A DNA stretch of 64,000 bases, taken from positions 47,554,001 through 47,618,000 of the forward strand of contig NC_043003.1 of NCBI RefSeq assembly GCF_006345805.1. Reading direction: 5' to 3'. Numbering within the stretch: position 1 is the first letter of the stretch; each line of letters starts with the position of its first letter. Shown here in pieces: positions 40,440 to 54,329 of this stretch. The notes under the pieces were generated by a model that was given only the letters and a program-made list of their open reading frames with translations, was not told the origin of the DNA and did no database searches. The DNA is from Octopus sinensis. Lineage: Eukaryota. Both the position numbers and the translations under genes were made by a program.

Positions 40440-43400
40440 TTATTATTATTTTCTAATTATGCATTTTAAAATCAATTGACACAGTCACAATGATATCGTT
40501 GTTGATATTATCCTGTGAATGATATTGCAATTATCACTAAGAATCAATGGATCAACTTGAATAGCAAGCAACTTGGTAATTTGGTCATGAGTATGTGTCT
40601 ACACTTCATTTGAAGCTCAGCTAATCATTGCTCATCAGAGCTTGAAAAACAAGAATTTTGACTGAAAGAATCCTCCTGTATAGTTTTCAGTATTGTTTAG
40701 CGATAACTGTAGAATGGTTGGCTAGTTGCTAGTGGAGGAAAATCTGTGACTCGGTTTCATTTCTCATCTATAGCTATTTTATTTCATATACAACGGTTGA
40801 ACCCAAAAGTAATGCAAAAGAGAGCATAACTTTTTATTAACATATGTTGGCCATTCAAGTTGCACAGGTTAGCAGAGCAAGTCTTCCTCCCTACAAAGGT
40901 GCTACTCTGCATAGTCTCTGTCACAAGCAATGCATTTGCACTGTTGTACCCACTTCTTCACAGCCACTTTCACCTCTTCTGTGCCATCGAATTATTGTTC
41001 CTGAACAGGTGAGAGTTAATTGGCCCCAGATACAAGCTATACATATATGGGAGACGACCGACCAGCTCAATTTACCAGTTACCTGATTTGATGTTAAAGA
41101 TAGTGAATGTGGATTGTTTGCAGATTCTTATAAGTCTCTTCTTAGGGCTTCTCTAAGCTTTCTGAATATCTCTGATTTTTGGGAATGAACAGTGAGAAAT
41201 ACAAAGAGAATGATGCCTTTGTTATCTCTGCCAAAAAAAAAAAGAAGAAAAAACAGATACCATCACTTTTTGTACTGACAACTGGCTTTTGACCCTCTGA
41301 GACCTTGAAGGTATGGTGCCATTCCAAGAACTATGCTTTTATTTCCAGATCAAAAAGTTTAATCCCCTGTCACCAGATCAGATAAAAAAAATATATGTCC
41401 TTCAAATATTTCCAGCATATCAGAAGAGACTTCTACACTTCTCTCCTTCAAATCAGGTATCAACTGCCAAGATATCCACTTTACACGCATTTTCTGATAC
41501 CTAAAGTCTTCCATCATCATCTGTAATGCATTGTGACCACAGACCAGTTGTGCAGCAAGCTCACAGGTTGTGACTCATCTTTCTACGCAAATGAGTTTGT
41601 CCACTTATTGGTGGTTTGTATCAGCAGTTGAAATAGATGGTCTCCCACTGTGTGGTTTGTCTTCGTTGTTGATTACCCCTTCTATAAACATCTTCATCCA
41701 TTTGTACACATTGCTCTTGTCAATGGTGTCATCTGCATGAACAACCCTTAACCTTTTATGGGAGTTCAACAATCTGCCCCTCTTCCTCTCCCATTTACCA
41801 AGAACACAACAAGAGACACGTTGCTTCTGCTTGGAAACCATTATTTGCCTGCAATGAAGCAAAACGGAAATAAGAATTCTGATAGAGGAAGGAGTTATTC
41901 TATCAACATGTGTAATATGAATGGTCTGTGTTAGTTAATAAAAAAGTTATGCCCACTTTTGCATTACTTTTGATACAACCTTAATAACTTCATTTTTATT
42001 CTTCTTATCATTCAACTCTCCCTTCTTTCAGACTATTAGAAGAGTTTCTTTTTCTTTTTTCCTTTGAGGTAAAAGTAATTATTTATTGTTTAATGCAAAA
42101 CAAAGGGCATAAGTTCAAATCCAGTTAAGGTTTGGTAATCTGTATAGTATTTATTGCCATACAACCAAGCAAAACCTCGGCAGTCTGACTGAACTGCTCT
42201 GATGGGGGAAAAAAAAAACCCTGTTAAATGTTATCTCATTTCATTTTTGATGAATGCTCTTCAAAAATCCATCATCATCATAACATGACTATCTTTTTAT
42301 CATCATCATTATCATTATCATTACCTTTTCACTATTGTCTTCCAAATGTCAATTCCATGCCTCTAGTTTTGATTGTACTTTTGTTTTGTTTTTTTATTCT
42401 ATACTTGGTTATTCTTTTGTAGGTCGGCGCTGGAAACAGACCTACGAATTGAGAGGGAATGGAGAGGAACATTGCAGAAGACGCTTGAGCAAGAACGACA
42501 TAATGTTACACTGGTGCAGATGGAGTTACAGCAAATGAAAGAAATTCAAAAGGTATTAAAAACCTTTTCATTCTATTTCATTTTATTTCATTGCTATTAG
42601 GCAAAAGTGTCATGTTTCCAAAATGTTGCTTTTTAAGAAAATGAAATGACAGTTTCGCCACTCCATAGCAAAACTGTTGTACTTTACTTTGACAATTTTT
42701 GATATCTTGACATCTGAAGCAGCTGGAGATACGACAGTTTGACCCAAAGAACCGGCTATTGCAAGCAAAAATAAATATTGAAAAAAACACATTTGGCCAA
42801 ATTTGGACATATGACAGTTTAACATAATAGCAACGATTTATTGTTTGTAATCTAGGAATTTTGTTTCTATTTGATAGACAGAAGAAACTGAGAAAAGGGT
42901 TGTTTTTTGTTATTTTTTAGCTCATCTGAATTCAAGATGGAGGTTGAGTTAATATGACTAATGTTCAATTCCTATTGTTACATTGTATCTCCATCTTCTG
43001 TCCATTATTGGCTTGTCCCTTTCTTCTTCCTACTCTTCATTTGACTTGGCTCTGTGGTAAGAGGTTTGCTTCCTAACCAGATGGTTCTAGGTTCAGTTGC
43101 ACTGCATGTTACCTTGGGCAAGTGTCTTCAACAATAACCCCAGGCTACCCAAAGCTTTGTGAAAGGATTTGGCAGATGAAAATGAGAGGAGTCCATTGTG
43201 TATACATACATATATGATGACTGCAAGTTCATGTTTGAGTATTGCCATCGCCTGATTGAGAGTCCCACATATGCGAAGGCTACGACCAGCTATTTTTGAG
43301 ATAGGTCTTAATTTTTTTTCAAATGATGCCTGTGCATCAACAGTCGGGTAACAGCAACAGTGGAGTAACAACAACAGTGGGGTAGCAATGACAGTGGGGC

Positions 43401-45732
43401 CTCCCACTCCCAGTGGGCCAACCACATGCCTGGATACCAACCCAAGTATTTCCATGTTCCCACACATACATGCATGCATACACATATTGTACAATGTGTA
43501 CATACATGTGTGTGTGTTTGTGTCCCCTTGTTTTGACATCACACAACAGGTTGTATAATTATTGTCACATCACTACTGTACAAGCAATGTCATGGAGAAA
43601 TATTACCTTGCTTAGAAAAAGTAAGGATTGGTGATAGGAAGAATATTTGGGAAAATCTACCCCAATAAAATCAATCTGACCCATGCAAGCATAGAAAAGT
43701 GGATGAGATGATGATCTGCTCCATATTCTTCCTCTTTTTTTGGTGAGAGGGGTGTGGTGGGGGTCTTCTTTTGATTTTATCTGCTCTCTCCTTTTGCTTT
43801 CCTATTTTACTTATTTCTTTTGTCTATAAAGGGTTCCAATAGGAAATAAATACAGAGAAACCACTTTATTCAAGCAAAAGTGTTTGCATATTGTAAAGCA
43901 AAGATATTGGTACAAAACATGTATCTACATTGCCAATACTTCACAAGACTAAAGTAAAAAAGTGAATAAAGAAAATCTTAGCACTGGCTGAGAACCATAA
44001 GCCTCAATACTTCAACTGAAGAATTTTTGATTGGGGCATAAGCTTTTTTATCAGAGACTAGCAAAAGCATATAATGAAGTAGAATAAAAATGTAACTACA
44101 GATTATGTGGTGGTTATGAAGAAATAATAAATACATACATACAGGTGCATGCATGGTTGTGTGGTTAAAAATCTCCCTTTGAAGCCATGTGGTTTTAGGT
44201 TCAGTCCCACTGTTTAGCATTTTGTGCAAGTCTCTTCTACCGTAGCTTCAGGCCAACTGCTGCCTTGTGAGTCAATTTGGTAGACAGAAACCATGTAGAA
44301 AACCATTGTTTTATATATATAGTTGGAATTTACAGAAAAACAAAAGACAAAGACAGGTGTATAAACAACAAACAGGTGTATTAGTTTAACGCTTGGGAAG
44401 GTGAGACTCTTTTGCGTTTCGAGCCTACACTCTTCAACAGAAAGGAACCTGAGTAAATAAACAGAGAGAGAGAATAAAAAAGCTTTAGGGGCTAGCGGTC
44501 AGTCATAGCAGGGATAATAAAGTATTGGTGATCCCAAAACAAAGGTGTGTGTGTGCATGTAGATAGGGGCTGGTGACCTTGACGTATGGATGTGTGGGTG
44601 TGTGGATGATGGTGTGGGTGCTGGGAAGTCATCAGTGCTAGTGTGTGCAGGGTGGTGTGATGTGATGTGGTGTGGTGTGTTGTGCTGTAGTGTGGTATGG
44701 TGTGGTGGTGTTGGCGTGTGGGAGTGGGTAAGGTGGGATGATGGAGGTTTGGGTATGTTGGGATATGTAGGGGTGGGGTGTGGATGGAGGGCTAACAATG
44801 AAGGGAGAAGGTGGGTATACACACACACACACACACACAGATATACACACACATGCCAGTGTCACATTAAAAGCACGTAGTACACTCTATGGAGTGGTTG
44901 GTGTTAGGAAGGGCATCCAGCCATAGAAACCAAACCAAATCAGACTGGAACCTGGTGCTGCTCTCCAGTTTGCTAGTTCTTTGGTAAACTGTTCAACCCA
45001 TGCCAGCATGTGTGTTTGTTCCCTTCTACTGCTCGACAACCAGTGTTGGTTAGAATAGTATTGGTTACCCATTGCTTTCAGCCAATTTATTTATAGTTTA
45101 CTCTGCTTCTCTCTAGCTCTCCTAAGCTTACCTTTAAGGCACAGGGGCTTTTTAACTATTTTGCAGATAACTAGTTGACATGGCATGTCTGCACACCAAC
45201 TAATGGACATGTGTGACACATGTCTGGGTATCAGCCCTTCTCAGAGTTCTGCATGCGTTAGCCACAAGACCATCTTGTGTTATTTGACCAATGATGGGAT
45301 CCTTGACATGTACTACCACTGCAGGTCTGAGTGAACTTGATAGTAAAGGATATTAAGGGAAGCTCCATACTATTCCAAATTTCTAAATTCCCAAGCTGGA
45401 GCCTGATTACTGGATGCAGTTTAATGTTTTGCCTGGGACAAGTTAGTCCTTTACTCATCGTCATCATCATCATTTTATGTCCACTTCCCATGCTAACATG
45501 GGTTGAATATTAATAGGATCAACGAGTCAGAGGACTACATTTTGCTCCACTGTCACAGTTTTAGCCCAGTTTCTGTGGCTGGATGTCCTTCCAATTGCCA
45601 ACCACTTTATAAAATATACTGGGTGCTTTTCTCATAGCACCAGCACCAATGAGGTCATCATGTAACATGCAAGACTGAAGAGTTCCTTATCCTTACTTAA
45701 AGCAACCTAACTCCCTCTCTCTCTCTCTCCCT

Positions 45733-45764
<32 letters not shown>

Positions 45765-48148
45765 CAGAATAGAAGATAAGTTGCTCTAATCTTTTAATAT
45801 TCACATTATTGCATCAAACATAATTTTAATTAATCATGCATTATCTCACAGCTTTGACATTCTGATGATGCAAGTGTTTATTTTTTTTAGAATATCTAGG
45901 TGACCAAGTCAGTAGTGGAGGCAGGAGTGGATGCTCTGAGAGCATAGCTGCTAGAATAAGAATAGCTTGGGTAAAGTTCAGAGAGCTCCTACCTCAGCTA
46001 GTAACCAAGGGCCTTTCACTCAAAGTGAAAGGTAGACTGTATGATGCATGTGTATGAACAGCCATGCTACACGGCAGTGAAACATGGGCTGTGACTGCTG
46101 ATGATGTGTGTAGGCTTGAAAGAAATGAAGCTAGTATGCTCCGCTCGATGTGTAATGTCAGTGGGCATACACAACAGTGTAAGTGCCCTGAGTGAAAAGT
46201 TGGACATAAGAGCATCAGATGTGATGTGCAAGAGAGACAACTGTGCTGGTATGATCATGTGTTGCATATGGATAAAGACAGCTGTGTGAAGAATTGTCAC
46301 ACCCTAACAGTGGAAGGAACCTGTGGAGGAGGTAAACCCAGGAAGACCTGGGATGAGGTAGAGAAGCATGACCTTCGAACGTTGGGCCTCATAGAGGCAA
46401 TGACAAACAACTGAGACCTTTGGAAATATGCTATGCTTGAGAAGACCCAGCAAGCCAAGTGAGATCATAGTTGTGGCCAATGCCAGTGTCACATAACTGG
46501 CCCATTTAAAAGTACCCTTCAATCGTCAGGCAACATGCTGTGCTTGAGAAGACCTATTAAATCAAGTGAAATTGTAGTCGTGGCTAATGCCAGTGCAGCC
46601 TGACTGGCATGTAAAAAGCACTATTCAGGCATGGTCAATGCCAGTATCGCCTGACTGGCCCCTGTACCAGGGGAATGTAAAAAGCACCATTCAAGCATGG
46701 TTGGTGCCAGTGCCACCTGACAAGCCCCCATGCCAGTGGCATGTAAAAAGCACCCACTACACTCTCAGAGTGGTTGACGTGAGGAATGGCATGCAGCTGT
46801 AGAAACCTTGTCAGACCAGATGGAGCCTGGTGCAGACTCCTGGCTTGCCAGTCCTCAGTCAAACTGTCCAACCCATGCCAGCATGGAAAGTAGACGTTAA
46901 ACAATGATGATGATGATATTGTAGGATAACTCTGAGGGGCTGGATCTGGCTGATTTTGAATAGGTAGAATATTTGGGCCAGATATAGCTGCTTTAAATGC
47001 TAAAGCATTAACAGGTGTTGAGGATTAAAATATGAAGGGGAAGCAGGGACTGGTTTACTCTTTGTGAAAGAAGATTCATGACTACCTTGCATTTTACATG
47101 GGTGGATGGGGGAAGATCAGTGGAACCTAAACAGAGGCAAATACAGTGATGATGCAATACCAGAACATACCTCCATAGCAGCATGTCTAAGAGATGTATA
47201 GAAGAGTGTGGATATAGATGAGTCAGGAGGGGTGGTGGGTAAGGCTATAAGAGTGTGGGAGGAGAGTGAGGTGAACATAAACATGAGCAGGTCAGATTGA
47301 GAATTACTATTGTAAGGTGTTATTTGATTAAGATTTAACTGCCATTTCTAGCTGACCAAGCACCAATGACAAGGCACTGTTATATTGGCAGTTGGCTTGA
47401 CTGATGTTGTCATTTAGCCCTAGGTCACATTTGATCAAGCAAACCTATGATTAAAAGCGTTCCTGCTATAACCATCCTGTTTTATTTCCCAGACGTAGAA
47501 CATCTAAAGTTATATTTTACAAAGTGTCCTTCCTTTAGAGAAACATTAGATTTGGTTACTATTTCTAGCATGTCAAGCATTTGCACAGAGGCTTACTCAC
47601 TGACTTGACTTTCTTTCTTTGTTTTGTTTTTGTCTGTACAGGGATATTCATGCCTTGAGAGATCCCATTTACACCTTCAGCAGACAGTTGAGGAACAAGA
47701 AGCAACTTTAGCAGAACTTGGAACACATTTAAGCCAGTGAGTAATCTGTACATATTTCTCTTATCAATTCAGATCTCTGCTTTATGACCTCAACTTGCAG
47801 ATGTTCAACTATTCTGTCTGTTTATTTTTTTTCTTTATTTCAGTAGGTTGCCAAAACTAAATAGTTTGATACATTTACTTTTAGCTCTGTAACTCATTTT
47901 CCTGAACTCGAATCCTAATTCAGTCAACCGGGTGGTTGAAATATGTACCAGTAATATACTGAAGTCATTAACATATGTATGAATGTGTATATATAGGAGT
48001 GGCTGTGTGGTAAGAAGCTTGCTTCCTAACCACATGGTTCCAGGTTCAGTCCTACTGTGTGGCACCTTGGACAAGTATCTTTTACTATTGCCTTGGGCTA
48101 ACCAAAGCCTTGTGAGTGGATTTAGTTGATGGAGACTGAAAGAAGCCC

Positions 48149-48186
<38 letters not shown>

Positions 48187-49484
48187 TATATATGTATATA
48201 TATATGTATATATATATATGTATATATATATATGTATATATTATATATATATATATGATGTATATATATATAGATATATATATATATATATATAGTATAT
48301 ATATATATATAGTATATATATATATATCTATATATATATATATGTATATATATATGTATATATAATATATATATATATGTATATATATATATGTATATAT
48401 GTTATATATATATATGTAATATATATATGTATATATATTATATAGATATATGTATATATGTATATGTATATATATGTATATATTATATATATCTATATAT
48501 GTATATATATATATATATATAATATATATATATGTCTATATATATATAGATGTATATATATATATAGATATATGTCTATAATATATAGATGTATATATAT
48601 ATATATATAGATGTATGTATATATATATAGATGTATGTATATATATATAGATGTATGTATATATATATATAGATGTATATATATATATATATATATAGAT
48701 ATATGGATATATATATAGATGTATATATATAGATGTATATATATATATATAGATATAGATGTATATATATATATATAGAATAAAAAATAATATGTTATAA
48801 AATATTATAATAATCCAGGTTTCTCGTAGCACTAGGCCACTTGGTGTTGAATAAATATACTATTAAATTAGTATCTAATTCTCTCACCCTTATTAATTAA
48901 TTATATATATATAGATATATGTATATATATATAGATGTATATATATAGATGTATATATATATATATAATATATGTTATATATAGATGTATATATATAGAT
49001 GTATATATATATATATATAGATTATATATATATATATATAGATGTATATATATATATATATATATATAGATTATGTATATATATAGATGTATTATATAGA
49101 TGTATATATATATATATATAGATATATGTATATATATAGATGTATATATATAGATGTATTATATATATATATATAGATATATGTAATATATATAGATGTA
49201 TATATATAGATGTATATATATAGATGTATATATATATATATATATAGATATATGTATATAATATATAGATGTATATATAGATATATGTATATATATATAG
49301 ATGTATGTATATATATAATATATGTAATATATATATGTATATATATATATATGTATATACATGTATATAATATATATATATATATTATATATATAGATAT
49401 ATATATATATATACACACATGTATAATATATATATATACACACATGTATAATATATATAATATATATATATATATACATGTATG

Positions 49485-49517
<33 letters not shown>

Positions 49518-52500
49518 GATGTATGTCTATATATATATATATATATGCATGTGTGTATATATATACATGTGTATATATATATACATGTGTATATATATAT
49601 ACATGTATGTATATATGTATATATATACATGTGTATATATATATATACATGTATGTATATATATATATATATGTATATATATACATGTGTATATATATAT
49701 ATATATATATGCATATAATATTAATTAGAGACAAAACCACTATTTTGCAAAACAAACAAGGAAAGACTTAATCAATACATAAAATTTTAATAAAAAGTAA
49801 AAAAAACCGCCACTACAATTGTTTCATGTCTTGATCGACAATCTTCAGGTGGATTTCAAGTCAGTTTCAAATTATGTATTGATTAAGTCTTTCCTTGTTT
49901 GTTTTGCAAAATAGTGGTTTTGTCTCTAATTAATATTACATAATATTTTACTATATAATTGGATTTAATCCTAAATCTGATTTTTTTCCCTGTAAATTTG
50001 GATTTATTCCCTAATATTTATTATATATATGTATATATATACATGTATATATATATATATGTATATATATACATGTATATATATATGTATATATATACAT
50101 GTGTATATTTATATATATACACACACACATGTATATATGTATATATATACATGTATGTATGTATATATATATATATAGATAGATAGATAGATATACATGT
50201 GGACACATAAGAGGTGCAGCAATATCAAAGGAAGGCTAACTGGGAAGATAGTTTTTATATGTGGCAAATGCTCAGGAGCAATAAATACTGAAAAGGTTAT
50301 TATAGTAGACACTTGCCCAAGATGCCACACAGTAGGACTGAGCCCAGAACCATGTGGTTAGGAAGCAGGCTTCTTATCACATAGCCATGCCTGCACCTAT
50401 ATATGCATATATATATTATTAACTTTTACATAGTAAAGGTACATAGCTCAGTGGTTAGAGCTTCAGGCTCAAAATTATGTGGTAGTGAGTTCAGTTCCCA
50501 GACTAGGCTGTGTGTTGTGTTCTTGAGCAAAACACTTGATTTCACGTGGCTGAAGTTCACTCAGCTGTAGAAATGAGTTGCAACATCACTGGTGCCAAGC
50601 TGTATCAGCCTTTGCCTTTCTCTTGGATAACTTTGGTGGCATGGAGACAGGAGGCTTGTATGCATGGGCAACTGCTGGTCTTCCATAAACAACCTAACCC
50701 AGACTTGTGCCTTGGAGGGTAACTTTCTAGTTGCAATCCCATGGTTATTCATAACCCTTTTTTTTTCAATGTTTACCCTTTCTACATTTTAAAGATTGAC
50801 ACTGACTTAAAGGTTTTGACTTTCCTGTCTTCATCAATCTCATGAAAGCAAGTAAGCCAAAACTTCGAAGTCACTGTCAACCTTTTCTGTACAAAAGTTT
50901 ATAAATATGCACTTCACAAAAAAGTACTGAGTAAACCTTTGGTTTAATGTTAAATCTCTCTACACGCTTTCCTTCTGGCCATGACACCTGAATAATGGGG
51001 CATTTGCATTGGCTCTATTGCTGTCCAATACACCCCTCCATTTAACTTCATGTACTGCTAGTCATCAGTTCTTCCCTCTCAGGTCACTTTCTCCCTCATA
51101 TTCATCCCTCTCTTATCATTACCATCTCTTCTATTTGTTACTCACACTCTCTAACCAGTAAATTGTATACTTCTATACTTCTAACCATGACTCCTTCACC
51201 CACTGGCCACTCATTATTGACATCCATATATTCATTACATTCTCTTACAATCAACCATTTCTATCACTACCCATTACTCACTCATTCTATTTGTTCCCAG
51301 CAAATATGTAGCTTTCATCATTATCTCTTTAAAGCTTAGCGCCTACGCTCTTCCACAGAAAGGTATACAGAAAGAAACAAGGAGAGAAAATAAAGAATGT
51401 GTAGTGGCCAGCGATCTATCATGGTGAATGCATTCATTTTATGCCCATTTTTTTCATGTTGGCATAGGTTCAATGGGTATATATTACAGGCTAGATTTTC
51501 ACAGCTAAATGCTTTTACCTGTTTTTGAAGTAAAGGATACTTTACTCTATAGATCTTTGAAGATCTAGTAGAAGATAGCTGCCCAATGTGCTGAGCAGTA
51601 GGACTGAACACAAAACCATGTGTTTGCAAAGTAAATTTCTTAAAGAGAAATAATAAAATTAGCAAGTAGGCTCAGTTAATATTTTTACTCCACTGATGCT
51701 AAGTATAGGTAGCAAAGACGAAGGAACATAACTCTTCATTCCAATGTTTGAGTTATACACATTAAAGCTTCTTAATTTCAGTGTTTATTCATAAATTATA
51801 CTAACAAACAAATAACTCATACCGTTTCCTTTAACAAAGTGGATCAATATAACCTTTAGTGTCAAACTGAACATCCCTTATTGTCTTCTGCTTTCCAAAT
51901 TCGCTGTGAAATTAAAATAGTTCCAAATTGCTGGTGAGGTCAGACAGATCATTTTAGATAAGACAATGGTGACATTTGAAACAAGTAAAAATTTTGTAAC
52001 TATGTGACTGACAACATTGGTTGTTCCTACAATAGCTAATGATTTCCTGCAAATTAAACTTCCTTCAGTTTATTGAAATGGTAGAGTTTGAAGAAACTAA
52101 TGATAGGCTGAATTGCCAACTAGTAAGTATAAAAAGCTCTTTAAAAAGAATAAAATTATTTTGCTATGAAGAAGTAAAAAATCTAACATTTTGGACTGAA
52201 CTTTTCTCTCTCCTACACAATATAATTGTTTCTCAGATGTGCTTTGTACTTTTTCGCTTAGAACAGTGCTTCTGATTTCTTTTAATTACTAAAAATTAAA
52301 TTGCTGGAAACTTGTTGTCTTCAAGGTCGTTGCCAGTGTCGCTGGACTGGCTCCTGTGCAGGTGGCACATAAAAAACACCATTTTAGCATGGCCATCGCC
52401 AGTACCACCTGACTGGCCCTTGTGCCAGTGGCACATAAAAGCACCCACTACACTCTCAGTGTGGTTGGCATTAGGAAGGGCATCCAGCTGTAGAAACTGC

Positions 52501-54113
52501 CAGATCAGATTGGAGCCTGGTGCAGCCATCTGGCTCACCAGTCCTCAGTCAAATTGTCCAACCCATGCCAACATGGAAAGCGGATATTAAACAATGATGA
52601 TGATGATTATCTCAATGGCAAAATATTTTACTTAGCAAACTTTTTTGATCACTGCTAAAGAAAGTTCTAAACAGGCGAGTTTACAGATCAAAGATTACCA
52701 AAGAATCTCTTAGGGAAGGTAGAGCGTGCATATGATTTTGCCACTGACATCCGAACCAAGAAGGACATAAATATCACTGAATCTCTGTTGTCATTTAAGA
52801 AGAAAACATAGAAGTTTAAGAATTCCTTGAGCTTATTATTATTGGTTTTCTTTCAGTCAAAAAAAAAAAATCAGCATTTAACAAACTCAAGGAATTGGAT
52901 TTACCAATACATTGAAATGTCATGAAAAGCTTTACTATAGATAATTATATCTCTGAAAAACAAACAAAATTTTAAGTTTGAGAAATTGAACTAAATAAAA
53001 TGGAATGACAAACAGTTAAATTTTAAAAAAAGATGGCACAGAGACTTCCTTCATGGTAACTCAATTTGCTAAAAGTGGCAACCATATCTCTCTTAACTCA
53101 TACCCACTAGCATAGCCAGAATGTGTACCACCTAGGACAGCCCTTCCATTTGCTGCCCCCTGACACCACAAAAAAAAAAAACACACACATTGCCTACAGT
53201 AGACCCAAAAGTGCTGCCCCTACTACCCTCCCCATTTTCACTAGTGCTCATACCCTTAAAAGAAAGAAACATACCCAAGATATCGTAAATCCATTACATC
53301 TAAATAAAAGATGGGATAGTCATGGTTGAAATACCTTTGAACAAGGATGATCTGGGATTAAACAATAATAGCAGCAACTAGGAGATAGCTCATTCTTTTG
53401 CTGTTTGTCTTTTATCCTGTTTAGTCCAATTCATCAAGAGCTGTATAAGAAAAGATGGCCTCAGATTTCTTTGAAATGTTCCATCTCTTCCAAAGTACAT
53501 CAACATTATACACTGTGGCAATAACAATTGCTGTAGCAACAGTTTTACTAGAAGCTAACTTAAGCCAATGAAGGAAACTCTGCGTCTCATATGGAAAGCT
53601 ATTTAATATCCCCAGGCTAATTGCAAATATAGAAGAATCTGTGGGGATGGCATATGTGTTGAGAAAAATAACAAATGTCTTTTCGTATAGGATTTTAGAG
53701 GCTTCATCAGTGAACTGTATCTAACTTGAATTCAGATAAATTTCATCCGTAAATTGGATGAGTTCCTCATCTCTTGTCTATGTTGTAACTTTATCTGTTA
53801 GAAATAACAGCCAATTTTTTCATAAATTGCATTCAACTGTCTTGAAAGAGGATATATGATGTTTTTTTTTTAAAAAAAAAAAGATAGGATAATGATAGCT
53901 GGAACACCCTTTAGTATTGGTTTGCATAATCAGGCATGACTTGGTACTGAACAGCACCAACTAGCAGATAGGTATTCACCCATCAGGACATATCTGCTTG
54001 TCCATATAATTTCTGAATACATTGTAAAAATACATTGACTGTAACTAATTACTTTCTCTTTTTATGCCTGGTGTGTCTGTAAGGATGTACAAGAGTGTAT
54101 GTATATGTGTGTG

Positions 54114-54171
<58 letters not shown>

Positions 54172-54297
54172 TGTATGTATGTATGTATGTATGTATGTAT
54201 GTATGTATGTATGTATGTATGTATGTATGTATGTATGTATGTATGTATGTATGTATGTATGTATGTATGTATGTATGTATGTATGTATGTATGTATG

Positions 54298-54329
<32 letters not shown>

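Larger units (their letters stand above)
48151..50200. repeat. About 2-kb compound (TA)n array with AGATGT and ACATGT subunits and unique inserts
   Basis: Seen directly; inserts at about 48776-48900 and 49716-50015. Confidence 0.95.
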
